A stretch of 64,000 nucleotides of DNA from Eledone cirrhosa (GCA_964016885.1 OZ024740.1:156054001-156118000); one strand, 5' to 3'. Counted from the first letter of the stretch, positions 33,138 through 50,795 are shown. The notes: generated by a model not told the origin, from the sequence alone. Translations and numbers: made by a program.

Positions 33138-34315
33138 TAACATTATTTTAGAAATTAATATATAATTTAATTTAAATGTTTGTTAACCTATAAATTTAAT
33201 TTAATTAAAATTCTACTACAGATGAGATTATAAAATATTGTGTAATCATAAATTGTGAATAACTTTTAAATATTACTAATATATACTTAGTAATTTAATT
33301 TATAGATTAATTTTAATTTATTTAACCTTTTATTAAAATTCCTTTACAGATAAAATATAACAAAATATCGTGTATTCAATGACAGAGAAATAATTTTTAG
33401 TATTATAGACCTAATTAATGTACATTTTAGAAATATATTTATAATTTGGTTTTAAATTTGGTCAACCTAAAAATTTTATTTAATTGGCTTAAAGTTAGTA
33501 TCCTAATACAGATGGATTGCAGAGTGTCATGTAATCATAGAATGAGATAGGTTTTGGATGTATACCTAGTTAATATATTCTTTGCAATTTTTGAAAAAAT
33601 ATGTATATGTATATATATATATATGTATGTGTATATATATATATATATGTATATATATATGTATATGTATATGTGTATGTATTAATTTTAATTTCTGTTT
33701 ACCTATAATTATATTCTACTATAGATAAAATACAATATCTGTTTTAATTATTATATACCTAATTAACATATACTATAGAAATTAATATATAATTTTTAAT
33801 TTAGTTAACCTATAATTTATATTCTACTACCGATGTAATACTTTATTTGTTTTTTCCCTATTACTAAATTCATTTCCTAATATTGATACCATAACGTTAA
33901 TAATTTTAATTTAGTTATACTATAATTAATACTCTACTACTATTTAACTTCAAAATTCTGCTTCAAATATTATAAACCTAAGTAGTATACACCTTAGAAA
34001 TCAATATATTAACTATCTTTAGTTTAGTTAACCTATAATTAATGGTATACTTATATTGAAATGCATAATTTTGCCTTCTTTCTTACATTTCCTAATACTG
34101 AAACTATGTAAACACATATTATGATCTAAATGCAGATTAATATTCTATGTTTCTTGAAACCTATATTTACTATAATCCCCCCCCCCCTACTATTATTATT
34201 TGTATTTGTAAGCGTGGATGTATGTATGTATATGTAGGTAGGTATGTATGTTTTGGGTGTTTATATGTGAGTATAAAAATACATATGTGCGCATGCAAAT
34301 AAGGGTGTATGATTG

Positions 34316-34352
<37 letters not shown>

Positions 34353-34520
34353 GTGTATATGTGTGTGTATATATGTGTGTGTATATGTATGTCTCTATAT
34401 ATATGTGTATCTATGTATCTATGTGGGTATATGTGTGTATGTACATGTATGCACATGTATATGTCTATGTGTATATGTGTGTATGTGTATATGTGTACGT
34501 ATGTGCGCATATATATGTGA

Positions 34521-34552
<32 letters not shown>

Positions 34553-34576
34553 TGTTTATTATTATATATATATATA

Positions 34577-34627
<51 letters not shown>

Positions 34628-34898
34628 AGTTGATGTGTGTATATGTATTTATATGTATATGTATGTGTGTGTATATATATATATATGTATATATGTGTAT
34701 ATATATATATGTGTGTGTATATATATATATATATGTATATGTATGTGTGTGCATATTTGTCTGACTGTGTATTAATTAATTAATTTATTTATCTTATTTC
34801 TTTATTTTTTTATATATATGTATATGTATGTGTATGTATGTATGTATGTATGTATGTATGTATGTATGTATGTATATGTGTATATATATGTATATGTG

Positions 34899-34957
<59 letters not shown>

Positions 34958-35122
34958 TTGTGTGTGTGTATATATATATGTATGTGTGTATGTATGTGTG
35001 TATGTATGTGTATGTATGTGTGTGTGAGTATATATCTATGTCTATGTATGAGTATGTATGTGTGTGTATGTATGTGTGTGTGTATGTATGTATGTGTGCA
35101 TATATGTATGTGTATATATATG

Positions 35123-35191
<69 letters not shown>

Positions 35192-35297
35192 TTATTATAT
35201 GTGTGTGTGTGTGTATATATATCTTTATATATGTGTATGTGTATGTGTGTGTATGTGTGTGTGTATATATATGTATGGGTGTGTATATGTATGTATG

Positions 35298-35356
<59 letters not shown>

Positions 35357-35371
35357 ATGTGTATGTGTGTG

Positions 35372-35412
<41 letters not shown>

Positions 35413-35479
35413 GTGGGTATGTATGTGCATGTGTGTATATATATGAGTGTGTTTATATATTTGTGTGTAGATGTGTCTG

Positions 35480-35538
<59 letters not shown>

Positions 35539-35581
35539 GTATATATATATATGTGTGTGTATATATATACGTGTGTTGTGA

Positions 35582-35615
<34 letters not shown>

Positions 35616-36065
35616 ATATATATACGTGTGTTGTGAATCTATATATATATATATATATGTATGCGTGTATGTGTATATATGTGTAAAAATATATATATAT
35701 ATATGTGTGTGTATATATGTATATGTCTATGTATTTATATGTGTATATGTATGTGTCTCTATATGTATGCGTGTGTGTATGTGTATGTGTATTTATATGG
35801 TATGTGTATGTATATGTATGTGTATGTATGTGTTTGTATATATGTGTATGTATATGTATGTATAAGTATGTGTGTGTATGTGTGTGTATATATATATATG
35901 TGTATATGTATGTATATCGATGTATATTTTATATTTTACTTGTTTGTATATATATATGTATGTGTATGTATATGTATATATATATGTGTGTATATATATA
36001 TGTATATATGTGTGTATATATGTGTATATATATATATGTATATGTATATGTGTGTGTGTGTGTGT

Positions 36066-36099
<34 letters not shown>

Positions 36100-36693
36100 T
36101 TTCTTGATATATTTCTTTTTTCTTTTTCTTTTCTTTTTATTTCTAAGTTTATAGATACATTTATAAATAGTCAGTCTGCTGACACCGTTGAATACTGACC
36201 TCTCCCCCCCACCTAATTTCTGTATCTGGATCTAAATATGTGTGGCAGTGTTTATGTGCGTGCATTAATGTCCATATGCTTATGATAATAGTATATACAC
36301 ATATATATGTGTGTGGGGGTGTATGTGTGTATGTATGTTCGTAGTTATGTGTATGTTAATGCGTATACGCGCGTGTGTGTGTGAATGTACGAATATGTGT
36401 GAGTATATGAATGTGTGTATATATTTATTTTATATTTATGTGTCTATACGCATTTTATCTGTAGATTATAAACTTACAGAGACATTAGCCTTGAATTTTT
36501 GTATTTACATACATCTTTTTGGCATGCGTATGCATGTGAACATATATCTTTATGCATATCTGTGAACGAAGTTAATTACATGTATATACACACACCTAAC
36601 TGTATAAACTTTTTGTATTTTCATTGGTCAATTTGAACTCTGTTCCCAAACAGACCTGAAATTTTGAATTGTTGTTATTATCAATAAATATAT

Positions 36694-36848
36694 TTCATTA
36701 TTTCTGAAGACGGCATATATATGTGTTTGGTATGTATATTTAATTTTGATAGTTTGTATAATTTTGTATAATTTTGTACATAGATCTGTTGAATATGCAT
36801 GCCAATTCTAACACATATATATCCTAGAAACGATCGTTAAATAATGAA
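36694..36848 (+). ncRNA. Type I hammerhead ribozyme motif with ~116-nt extended stem II
   Basis: ttcattattt-CTGAAGA-[36711-36826 hairpin: atatatatgtgtt/aacacatatatat and tggtatgtatattta/tgaatatgcatgcca]-GAAA-cgatcg-T-T-aaataatgaa. Stem I is a perfect 10 bp and the stem III region is the palindrome AACGATCGTT. Confidence 0.7.
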
Positions 36849-36902
36849 CTTTTTTTGTTTAATATAAGGAACTGTTTCATTGTTTTATTCATTATTTTTT
36901 AA

Positions 36903-36946
<44 letters not shown>

Positions 36947-36965
36947 TATACTATATATATATATA

Positions 36966-37033
<68 letters not shown>

Positions 37034-37044
37034 CTATATATATA

Positions 37045-37083
<39 letters not shown>

Positions 37084-37235
37084 CTATATATATATATATA
37101 CATATACTATATATATATATATACATATACTATATATATATATATATACTATATATATATATATATATACATATATATACATATACTATATATATATATA
37201 TATACATATATATACATATATATATATATATATAC

Positions 37236-37266
<31 letters not shown>

Positions 37267-37563
37267 CTATTTATATATATATATATATACTATATATATA
37301 TACTATATATATATACTATATATATATACTATATATATATATATATATATATATACTATATATATATATATACTATATATATATATATATACTATATATA
37401 TATATACTATATATATATATAAACTATATATATATATATACTATATATATATACTATATATATATATACACTATATATATATATATATATACTATATATA
37501 TATATATATATACTATATATATATATACTATATATATATATACTATATATATATATATATACT

Positions 37564-37605
<42 letters not shown>

Positions 37606-37702
37606 ATATATACTATATATATATATATATACTATATATATATATATATATATATACTATATATATATATATATATATATACTATATATATATATATATA
37701 TA

Positions 37703-37744
<42 letters not shown>

Positions 37745-37808
37745 TATATATATATAATATATATGTATATATATATATATATATACTATATATATATATA
37801 TATATATA

Positions 37809-37844
<36 letters not shown>

Positions 37845-38489
37845 TATATATATATATATAATATATATGTATATATATATATATATACTATATATATATA
37901 TATATATATTATATATGTATGTATATATATACTATATATATATATATATACTATATGTATATATATATATATTCTATATATATATATATATATACTATAT
38001 ATATATATATATATATACTATATATATATATATATATATACTATATATATATATATACTATATGTATATATATATATATACTATACATACATATGTATAT
38101 ATACTATATATATATATATATATATATACTATATATATACTATATATATATATATACTATATATATATATATACTATATATATATATATATATATATACT
38201 ATATATATACTATATATATATATACTATATATATATATACTATATATATATACTATATATATATATACTATATATATATATATATATACTATATATATAT
38301 ATATACTATATATATATATACTATATATATATATATATATATATACTATATATATATATATATAGTATATATATATATAGTATATATATAGTATATATAT
38401 ATATATATATATATAGTATATATATATATATACATATATATAGTATATATATATATATACATATAGTATATATATATATATATATATAG

Positions 38490-38520
<31 letters not shown>

Positions 38521-38621
38521 TATATATATATATATATATAGTATATATATATATACATATATATAGAATATATATATATATATATATACTATATATATAT
38601 ACTATATATATATATATATAC

Positions 38622-38653
<32 letters not shown>

Positions 38654-38698
38654 TATATACTATATATATGTATATATATATACTATATATATGTATAT

Positions 38699-38730
<32 letters not shown>

Positions 38731-38774
38731 CTATATATATATACTATATATATATACTATATATATATATACTA

Positions 38775-38806
<32 letters not shown>

Positions 38807-38960
38807 CTATATATATGTATATATATATATACTATATATATATATATATATGCTATATATATATATATATATACTATATATATGTATATATATATATATA
38901 TACTATATATATATATATATTTATATATATATACTATATATATGTATATATATATATATA

Positions 38961-38994
<34 letters not shown>

Positions 38995-39234
38995 TATATA
39001 TATATACTATATATATATATATACTATATATATATATATATATATAGTATATATATATAGTATATATATATATATATATATATATAGTATATATATATAT
39101 ATATACATATATATAGTATATATATATATATAGTATTTATATATAGTATATATATATATATATACTATATATATATATATATACTATATATAAATACTAT
39201 ATATATATATATATATATATACTATATATATATA

Positions 39235-39274
<40 letters not shown>

Positions 39275-39721
39275 TATATATATATATATATATACTATAT
39301 ATATATATATATACTATATATATATATATATACTATATATATATATACTATATATATATATACTATATATATATATACTATACTATATATATATATATAT
39401 ATATATATACTATATATATATATATACTATATATATATATATATACTATATATATATATATACATATACTATATATATATATACTATATATATATATACA
39501 TATACTATATATATATATATATATATACATATACTATATATATATATATATATATACATATACTATATATATGTATATATAGTATATGTATATATATATA
39601 TATATATACATATACTATATATATATATATATATGTACTATATATATATATATATATACTATATATATATATATATATATATACATATACTATATATATA
39701 TATATATATATATACATATGC

Positions 39722-39753
<32 letters not shown>

Positions 39754-39774
39754 CTATATATATATATATATATA

Positions 39775-40065
39775 ATGTAGGAGGTGAGTTTTATTGTAGT
39801 ACAATAAAGCAATGCAGATATCGGATAAGAAGCACTCTACAGTTTGTGGGACTGGAGTATGCATAATATAAGATCAAAAGATGGTTAAAGGAGTTCCATA
39901 TATTTTATTATGCGCATTTCAAAAACAAACATCATCAAGCAATAATATTTGTGTTTTCATCAGATAAAACAGGAGAACATGATATGAAGGCTAAAAAACA
40001 CTTGTTGATAGTGCAGTTTTAAATCAACATATGAAAAGTGGTTTTAGATTGATGTGTGATATTGG
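39775..40065 (-). mobile_element. Second copy of the 11525 repeat (probable PLE pseudo-LTR)
   Basis: High identity to 11525-11785 with the same TA junction. Confidence 0.8.
39903..39969 (-). ncRNA. Canonical minimal type I hammerhead ribozyme
   Basis: Minus strand: ttttat-CTGATGA-aaacacaaatattat(tgcttg)atgatgtttgttttt-GAAA-tgcgca-T-A-ataaaa, with stem III palindrome ATGCGCAT. Confidence 0.75.
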
Positions 40066-40318
40066 GAAAAATATTTTATTTAGAGAGGGGGGAGGGGAAA
40101 GGATGAGAAGGGAAGGAGATGAGAGGGAGAGATGGGTGATAGAGAGAAAGAGATAGTTTTTATAACTGAGAGGAGATATATTTTTTATATAGAGGGGTTG
40201 AAAACCGTTGGAAGATACTGTATAAAAAGAGTAAAAGAGTATATACATATATATACATATACTATATATATATATATATATATACTATATATATATACTA
40301 TATATATATATATATATA

Positions 40319-40354
<36 letters not shown>

Positions 40355-40395
40355 TATATATATATATATATACTATATATATATATATATATATA

Positions 40396-40470
<75 letters not shown>

Positions 40471-40501
40471 TATATATATATATATAGTATATATATATAT
40501 A

Positions 40502-40537
<36 letters not shown>

Positions 40538-40775
40538 TATATATATATACTATATATATATATATATATATATATTTACATATACTAAATATATATATAT
40601 ATACTATATATACTATATATATATATATACTATATATATATATATATGTACTATATATATATACTATATATATATATATATATATACATATACTATATAT
40701 ATATATATACATATACTATATATATATATATATATATATACATATACTATATATATATATATATATATATACATA

Positions 40776-40834
<59 letters not shown>

Positions 40835-40900
40835 CTATATATATATATATATATATACATATACTATATATACATATACATATACATATATATACATATA

Positions 40901-40948
<48 letters not shown>

Positions 40949-41165
40949 GTGGATGTCTTTAAGAAACATCTCGACACCTTGTTATCCAGGATCCCGGATG
41001 AGCCCACAGCAAGACACGAGGGAAACCTAAGGGCAGCAGCAACAAACTCCCTCCTACACCAGTGGCCAACCTATACAGGGTGGATATAAAATGTGTAGCA
41101 ACAAGGGCGGTGCCCCAGCATGGCCTCAGCCGGATGGCTGAAACAGGTAAAAGAGTAAAAGAGTA
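40949..41165 (+). mobile_element. CR1/L2-group LINE extreme 3' end
   Basis: [38 protein letters not shown] matches the FKxxLDxxLxxxPDxP...SNSL pattern. The 3' UTR ggtgccccagcatggcc...gctgaaac ends in an (aaaagagt)2 tail. Confidence 0.8.
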
Positions 41166-41183
41166 TATACATATATATACATA

Positions 41184-41235
<52 letters not shown>

Positions 41236-41305
41236 ACATATACTATACATATACATATATATACATATACTATATATATATATATATATATATACATATA
41301 TATAC

Positions 41306-41340
<35 letters not shown>

Positions 41341-41349
41341 CATATATAC

Positions 41350-41380
<31 letters not shown>

Positions 41381-41475
41381 CATATATATACATATATATA
41401 TATATATACATATATATACATATATATATATATATACATATATACATATATATATATATATACATATATATATAC

Positions 41476-41542
<67 letters not shown>

Positions 41543-41555
41543 CATATATATATAC

Positions 41556-41684
<129 letters not shown>

Positions 41685-41685
41685 C

Positions 41686-41734
<49 letters not shown>

Positions 41735-41759
41735 CATATATATATACATATATATATAC

Positions 41760-41826
<67 letters not shown>

Positions 41827-41983
41827 CATATATATATATGTATATATATACTATATATATATATACTATATATATATATACTATATATATATACTATATA
41901 TATATACTATATATATATACTATATATATATACTATATATATATACTATATATATATATATATATATATATACTATATATATA

Positions 41984-42014
<31 letters not shown>

Positions 42015-42066
42015 CTATATATATATATATATATATATATACTATATATATATATATATATATATA

Positions 42067-42102
<36 letters not shown>

Positions 42103-42120
42103 TATATATATATATATATA

Positions 42121-42154
<34 letters not shown>

Positions 42155-42172
42155 TATATATATATATATATA

Positions 42173-42232
<60 letters not shown>

Positions 42233-42500
42233 TATATATATATATATATATATATATACTATATATATATATACTATATATATATATATATATATATACT
42301 ATATATATATATATATACTATATATATATATATATATACTATATATATATATATATATACTATATATATATGTATATATACTATATATATATATATATAT
42401 ACTATATATATATATATATATATACTATATATATATATATATATATATATACTATATATATATATATATATACTATATATATATAGTATATATATATATA

Positions 42501-42531
<31 letters not shown>

Positions 42532-42727
42532 CTATATATATATACTATATATATATATATATATACATATACTAAATATATATATATATACTATATATAC
42601 TATATATATATACTATATATATATATATATATATACTATATATATATACTATATATATATATATATATACATATACTATATATATATATATATACATATA
42701 CTATATATATATATATATATATACATA

Positions 42728-42772
<45 letters not shown>

Positions 42773-42773
42773 C

Positions 42774-42899
<126 letters not shown>

Positions 42900-42932
42900 C
42901 ACTATATATATATATATATATATACATATACT

Positions 42933-43132
42933 NNNNNNNNNNNNNNNNNNNNNNNNNNNNNNNNNNNNNNNNNNNNNNNNNNNNNNNNNNNNNNNNNNNN
43001 NNNNNNNNNNNNNNNNNNNNNNNNNNNNNNNNNNNNNNNNNNNNNNNNNNNNNNNNNNNNNNNNNNNNNNNNNNNNNNNNNNNNNNNNNNNNNNNNNNNN
43101 NNNNNNNNNNNNNNNNNNNNNNNNNNNNNNNN
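42933..43132. other. Assembly gap (200 N)
   Basis: Run of N. Confidence 1.
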
Positions 43133-43577
43133 GCAACAGTAGCTCTAACCCGAAAAGAAGAAAAGATGAACATCATCGGTAACTACTGAGCCGCAGGGTT
43201 TATATCGGAGTTATTCCAGTTTCCTCAGTTGCATTCTCCTAGAAGAATGCTCTGACAAAAGCTAGGGGTCCTTCATTCCCAGTGGTTTAACCACGCAATC
43301 GGGTGTCCAGGAGGCTATTTTATGTCCCTGCGCATATACATACATATGTATGCACCCATGTATATACACATAGACATATACATACATATGTACATGTGTA
43401 TACATATTTACAGACTTTTGGATGGCCGTTTTGTTTTTTGTCCTGCAGGGTGTCCACAATCACCCTCATCACCAAGTAAACTTGGTGGGGTTGCCGGTTT
43501 AGTCGCCGACGACCCAACCATACATCAGGTTGAACTGGGCTACATGTTATCAGTAGCACTCAAGAGTGACCCAACGT
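43133..43577 (-). mobile_element. Unclassified GC-richer repeat island with multiple hairpins (possible retroelement 5' end)
   Basis: Hairpins cactc/gagtg, gctac/gtagc, caacc/ggttg, gtcg/cgac, caccaag/cttggtg and gggtg/caccc lie within 43440-43575. The island ends at microsatellite. Confidence 0.4.
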
Positions 43578-43713
43578 ACATACATATATATATACACACA
43601 CATATATATATATATACACACATATATATATATATACATACACATATATATATATATACATATACATATATATACACATATATATATATACATATATACA
43701 CACATATATATAT

Positions 43714-43765
<52 letters not shown>

Positions 43766-44345
43766 ATACATATACACATATATATATATATACATATACA
43801 CATATATATATATATACATATACACATATATATATACATATACACATATATATATATATACATATACACACATATATATATATACATATACACATATATA
43901 TATATATATACATATACATATACACATATATATATATATACATATACACATATATATATATATATACATATACACATATATATATATATATACATATACA
44001 CATATATATATATATATACATATACATATACACATATATATATATATACAAATACACATATATATATATACATATATATATACACATATATATATATATA
44101 CATATATATATACACATATATATATATATACATATATATACACACATATATATATACACATATATATACACACATATATATATACACATATATATATATA
44201 CACATATATATATATACACATATATATATACACATATATATATACACATATATATATACACATATATATATATACACATATATATATATACACATATATA
44301 TATATATATACATATATATATACACATATATATATATATATACAC

Positions 44346-44376
<31 letters not shown>

Positions 44377-44399
44377 CATATATATATACGTATATACAC

Positions 44400-44432
<33 letters not shown>

Positions 44433-44553
44433 CATATATATATACACATATATATATATATACATATACATATAAATATACACATATATATATATATATA
44501 CACACATATATATACACATATATATATACACAGATATATATATATATACACAC

Positions 44554-44587
<34 letters not shown>

Positions 44588-44658
44588 AGCACACATACAT
44601 ACATATACATATATATACATATACATATATATATACACACATATATACATACATATAC

Positions 44659-44741
<83 letters not shown>

Positions 44742-44764
44742 CACATATATATATATATACACAC

Positions 44765-44797
<33 letters not shown>

Positions 44798-44823
44798 CAC
44801 ATATGTATATATACATATATATG

Positions 44824-45065
44824 ATATATATAGTATGTGATTTGTGTAGTATTACTGGGTTGTAGCTGTGTAGGATATATATAGTATGTGGTTTGTGTAG
44901 TATTACTGGGTTGTAGCTGTGTAGGATATATATAGTATGTGGTTTGTGTAGTATTACTGGGTTGTAGCTGTGTAGGATATATATAGTATGTGGTTTGTGT
45001 AGTATTACTGGGTTATATCTGTGTAGGATATATATAGTATGTGGTTTGTGTAGTATTACTGGGTT
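44824..45065. repeat. 51-bp minisatellite, about 4.7 copies
   Basis: tagtatgtggtttgtgtagtattactgggttgtagctgtgtaggatatata starts at 44831, 44882, 44933, 44984 and 45035. Confidence 0.95.
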
Positions 45066-45682
45066 ATAATTTTTAATGCAATGAAATATCTATGATCGTC
45101 GGCAAATCACTGATGGGGGACTTATATTATTTTATTACATGTTATCCATGTGCAACCAGCAGTATTCTTCTCCCATTTTTTCAGGTATATTTACCTATAC
45201 TGCGCTTCTGTTTTTTTCTCTCTCTCTCTCTCTCTCTCTTACTGCTCCCTTTCGCCCCCTCTGTCATGTCCGTTAACTCTTCCTCACACTTCCACTCACT
45301 CACTCACTGGTTCTCCTCTTCTCACTTCACCCCGTTCGCAACGAAATCATTTTCTTTCTCACTCACATTTGAATTCGCTGCTGAAAGGTCTATTTTCTAA
45401 GCGCTCATATATTCACCTAGCTTATGCTAACAGAATAACTATGAAGCTTGTTCCCTTCCTTCTACGGTTAGCTATCCTCTTTGTTGTTATCTCGTCTCAC
45501 TCGCTTTACGCGTTTTAATTGTCCTAATAACTTAATTTAGTTATTATTGCACCGACGTGAGGTATATGATTTTTAATGCAATGAAATATCTATGATCGTC
45601 GGCAAATCACTGATGAGGGACTAATATGATTTTATTACATGTATCCATGTGCAACCAGCAGTATTCTTCTCCCCATTTTTTC
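45066..45682 (+). repeat. ~115-bp direct repeats about 500 bp apart (partial tandem, pseudo-LTR-like)
   Basis: atttttaatgcaatgaaatatctatgatcgtcggcaaatcactgatg...gcaaccagcagtattcttctccc occurs at about 45069-45180 and 45569-45680. Confidence 0.85.
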
Positions 45683-45862
45683 ATATATATATATACATAT
45701 ATACATATATATATATACATATATATACATATATATATATATACATATATATACATATATATATATATACATATATATATACATATATATATATACATAT
45801 ATATATATACATATATATACATATATATATATATACATATACATATATATACATATATATAC

Positions 45863-45893
<31 letters not shown>

Positions 45894-45904
45894 CATATAT
45901 ATAC

Positions 45905-45949
<45 letters not shown>

Positions 45950-46015
45950 CATATATATACATATATATATATACATATATATATATACATATATATACAT
46001 ATATAGTATATATAC

Positions 46016-46046
<31 letters not shown>

Positions 46047-46388
46047 CATATATATACATATATATATATACATATATATACATATATATATATATACATA
46101 TATTATATATATACATATATATATATATACATAGTATAGTATATACATATATATTTACATATATATACACATATATATATACATATATATATATACACAT
46201 ATATATATATATACATATATATACACATATATATATACATATATATATATACACATATATATATATACACATATATATATATACATATATATACATATAT
46301 ATATATATACATATATATACATATATATATATATACATATATATACATATATATATATATACACATATATACATATATATATATACAC

Positions 46389-46419
<31 letters not shown>

Positions 46420-46447
46420 CATATATATATTACATATATATATATAC

Positions 46448-46496
<49 letters not shown>

Positions 46497-47135
46497 CATA
46501 TATATACATATATATATATATACATATATATACATATATATATATATACATATATATACATATATATATATACATATATATACATAGTATATATACATAT
46601 ATATATATACATATATATACATATATATATACATATATATATACATATATATATATACATATATATATACATATATATATACATATATATACATATGCAT
46701 ATATATACATATATATATATACATATATATATATACATATATATACATATATATATATACATATATATATATACATATATATACATATATATATATACAT
46801 ATATATACATATATATATATACATATATATATATACATATATATACATATATATATATACATATATATATATACATATATATACATATATATATATACAT
46901 ATATATACATATATATATATACATATATATATATACATATATATATACATATATATATATACATATATATATATACATATATATATACATATATATATAC
47001 ATATATATATATACATATATATATATACTATATATACATACATATATATACATATATATACATACATATATATACATATATATATATATATACATATATA
47101 TATACATATATATACATATATATATATATATATAC

Positions 47136-47166
<31 letters not shown>

Positions 47167-47303
47167 CATATATATACATATATATACATATATATACATA
47201 TATATATATATATATACATATATATACATATATATATATATACATATATATACATATATATATATATATATACATATATATACATATATATATATATATA
47301 TAC

Positions 47304-47334
<31 letters not shown>

Positions 47335-47345
47335 ATATACATATA

Positions 47346-47383
<38 letters not shown>

Positions 47384-47384
47384 C

Positions 47385-47415
<31 letters not shown>

Positions 47416-47479
47416 CATATATACATTATATATATATATATACATATATATACATATATATATATACATATATATATAC

Positions 47480-47565
<86 letters not shown>

Positions 47566-47569
47566 ATAC

Positions 47570-47602
<33 letters not shown>

Positions 47603-47611
47603 CATATATAC

Positions 47612-47642
<31 letters not shown>

Positions 47643-47684
47643 CACATATATATTACATATATATATATACACATATATATATAC

Positions 47685-47717
<33 letters not shown>

Positions 47718-47765
47718 CATTATATATATATACTTATATATATATATATATACATATATATATAC

Positions 47766-47880
<115 letters not shown>

Positions 47881-48085
47881 CATATATATATATACATATA
47901 TATATATACATATATATATATACATATATATATACATATATATATATACATATATATATACATACATATATATATATACATATATATATACATACATATA
48001 TATATACATATATATATATACATATATATATACATATATATATATACATATATATATACATATATATATATACATATATATATAC

Positions 48086-48162
<77 letters not shown>

Positions 48163-48195
48163 CATACATATATATATATACATATATATATATAC

Positions 48196-48250
<55 letters not shown>

Positions 48251-48251
48251 C

Positions 48252-48304
<53 letters not shown>

Positions 48305-48368
48305 TATATACATATATATTATACATTATATATATATACATATATATACATATATATCTATATATACA

Positions 48369-48400
<32 letters not shown>

Positions 48401-48445
48401 CATATATATATATACATATATATATATATACATATATATATATAC

Positions 48446-48509
<64 letters not shown>

Positions 48510-48513
48510 ATAC

Positions 48514-48561
<48 letters not shown>

Positions 48562-48565
48562 ATAC

Positions 48566-48598
<33 letters not shown>

Positions 48599-48607
48599 CA
48601 TATATAC

Positions 48608-48660
<53 letters not shown>

Positions 48661-48716
48661 CATATATTATATACACATATATATATACATATATATATAT
48701 ACACATATATATATAC

Positions 48717-48761
<45 letters not shown>

Positions 48762-48792
48762 CTTATATATATATATATACATATATATATAC

Positions 48793-48927
<135 letters not shown>

Positions 48928-49227
48928 CATATATATATACATATATATATATACATATATATATATACATATATATATACATATATATATATACATATAT
49001 ATATACATACATATATATATATACATATATATATACATACATATATATATACATATATATATATACATATATATATACATATATATATATACATATATAT
49101 ATACATACATATATATATATACATATATATATACATACATATATAATACATATATATATATACATATATATATACATATATATATATACATATATATATA
49201 CATATATATATATACATATATATATAC

Positions 49228-49308
<81 letters not shown>

Positions 49309-49379
49309 CATACATATATATATATACATATATATATATACATATATATATACATATATATATACATATATATATATAC

Positions 49380-49434
<55 letters not shown>

Positions 49435-49435
49435 C

Positions 49436-49488
<53 letters not shown>

Positions 49489-49585
49489 TATATACATATA
49501 TATATATACATATATATATATATACATATATATACATATATATCTATATATACATATATATATATATATATACATATATATATAC

Positions 49586-49648
<63 letters not shown>

Positions 49649-49651
49649 CAC

Positions 49652-49760
<109 letters not shown>

Positions 49761-49911
49761 CATATATATATATACATATATATATATATACATATATATA
49801 CATATATATATATACATATATATATACATATATATATATACATATATATATACATACATATATATATACATATATATATACATACATATATATATACATA
49901 TATATATATAC

Positions 49912-49980
<69 letters not shown>

Positions 49981-49987
49981 TATATAC

Positions 49988-50040
<53 letters not shown>

Positions 50041-50155
50041 CATATATATATATACATATATATATATACATATATATATATACATATATATATATATACA
50101 TATATATATATACATATATATATATACATATATATATATACATATATATATATAC

Positions 50156-50226
<71 letters not shown>

Positions 50227-50355
50227 TATATACATATATATATATACATATATATATATATAGCATATATATACATATATATCTATATATACATATATAT
50301 ATATCTATACATATATATCTATATATACATATATATCTATATATACATATATATC

Positions 50356-50389
<34 letters not shown>

Positions 50390-50660
50390 CATATATATCT
50401 ATATATACATATATATCTATATATACATATATATACATATATATATATATACATATATATCTATATATACATATATATCTATATATACATATATATACAT
50501 ATATATATATATACATATATATCTATATATACATATATATACATATACATATATATACATATACATATATATACATATATATATATATACATATATATCT
50601 ATATATACATATATATCTATATATACATATATATACATATATATATATACATATATATAC

Positions 50661-50709
<49 letters not shown>

Positions 50710-50744
50710 CATATTATATATATATACATTATATATATATATAC

Positions 50745-50795
<51 letters not shown>

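Larger units (their letters stand above)
30779..36905 (+). mobile_element. 5'-truncated Penelope-like retroelement (RT + C-terminal GIY-YIG, long 3' UTR, HHR pseudo-LTR)
   Basis: Disrupted ORF at 30779-33137. The 3' UTR has degenerate AT-rich repeats and TG/TA microsatellites and ends in a pseudo-LTR shared with 19592, 23277 and 60541. Both ends abut (TA)n. Continuity across the internal microsatellites is inferred. Confidence 0.85.

Noticed and set aside
44824-45065. Possible CRISPR array
   Set aside because: Units are contiguous 51-bp tandem copies with no unique spacers, there are no cas genes, and the context is eukaryotic.
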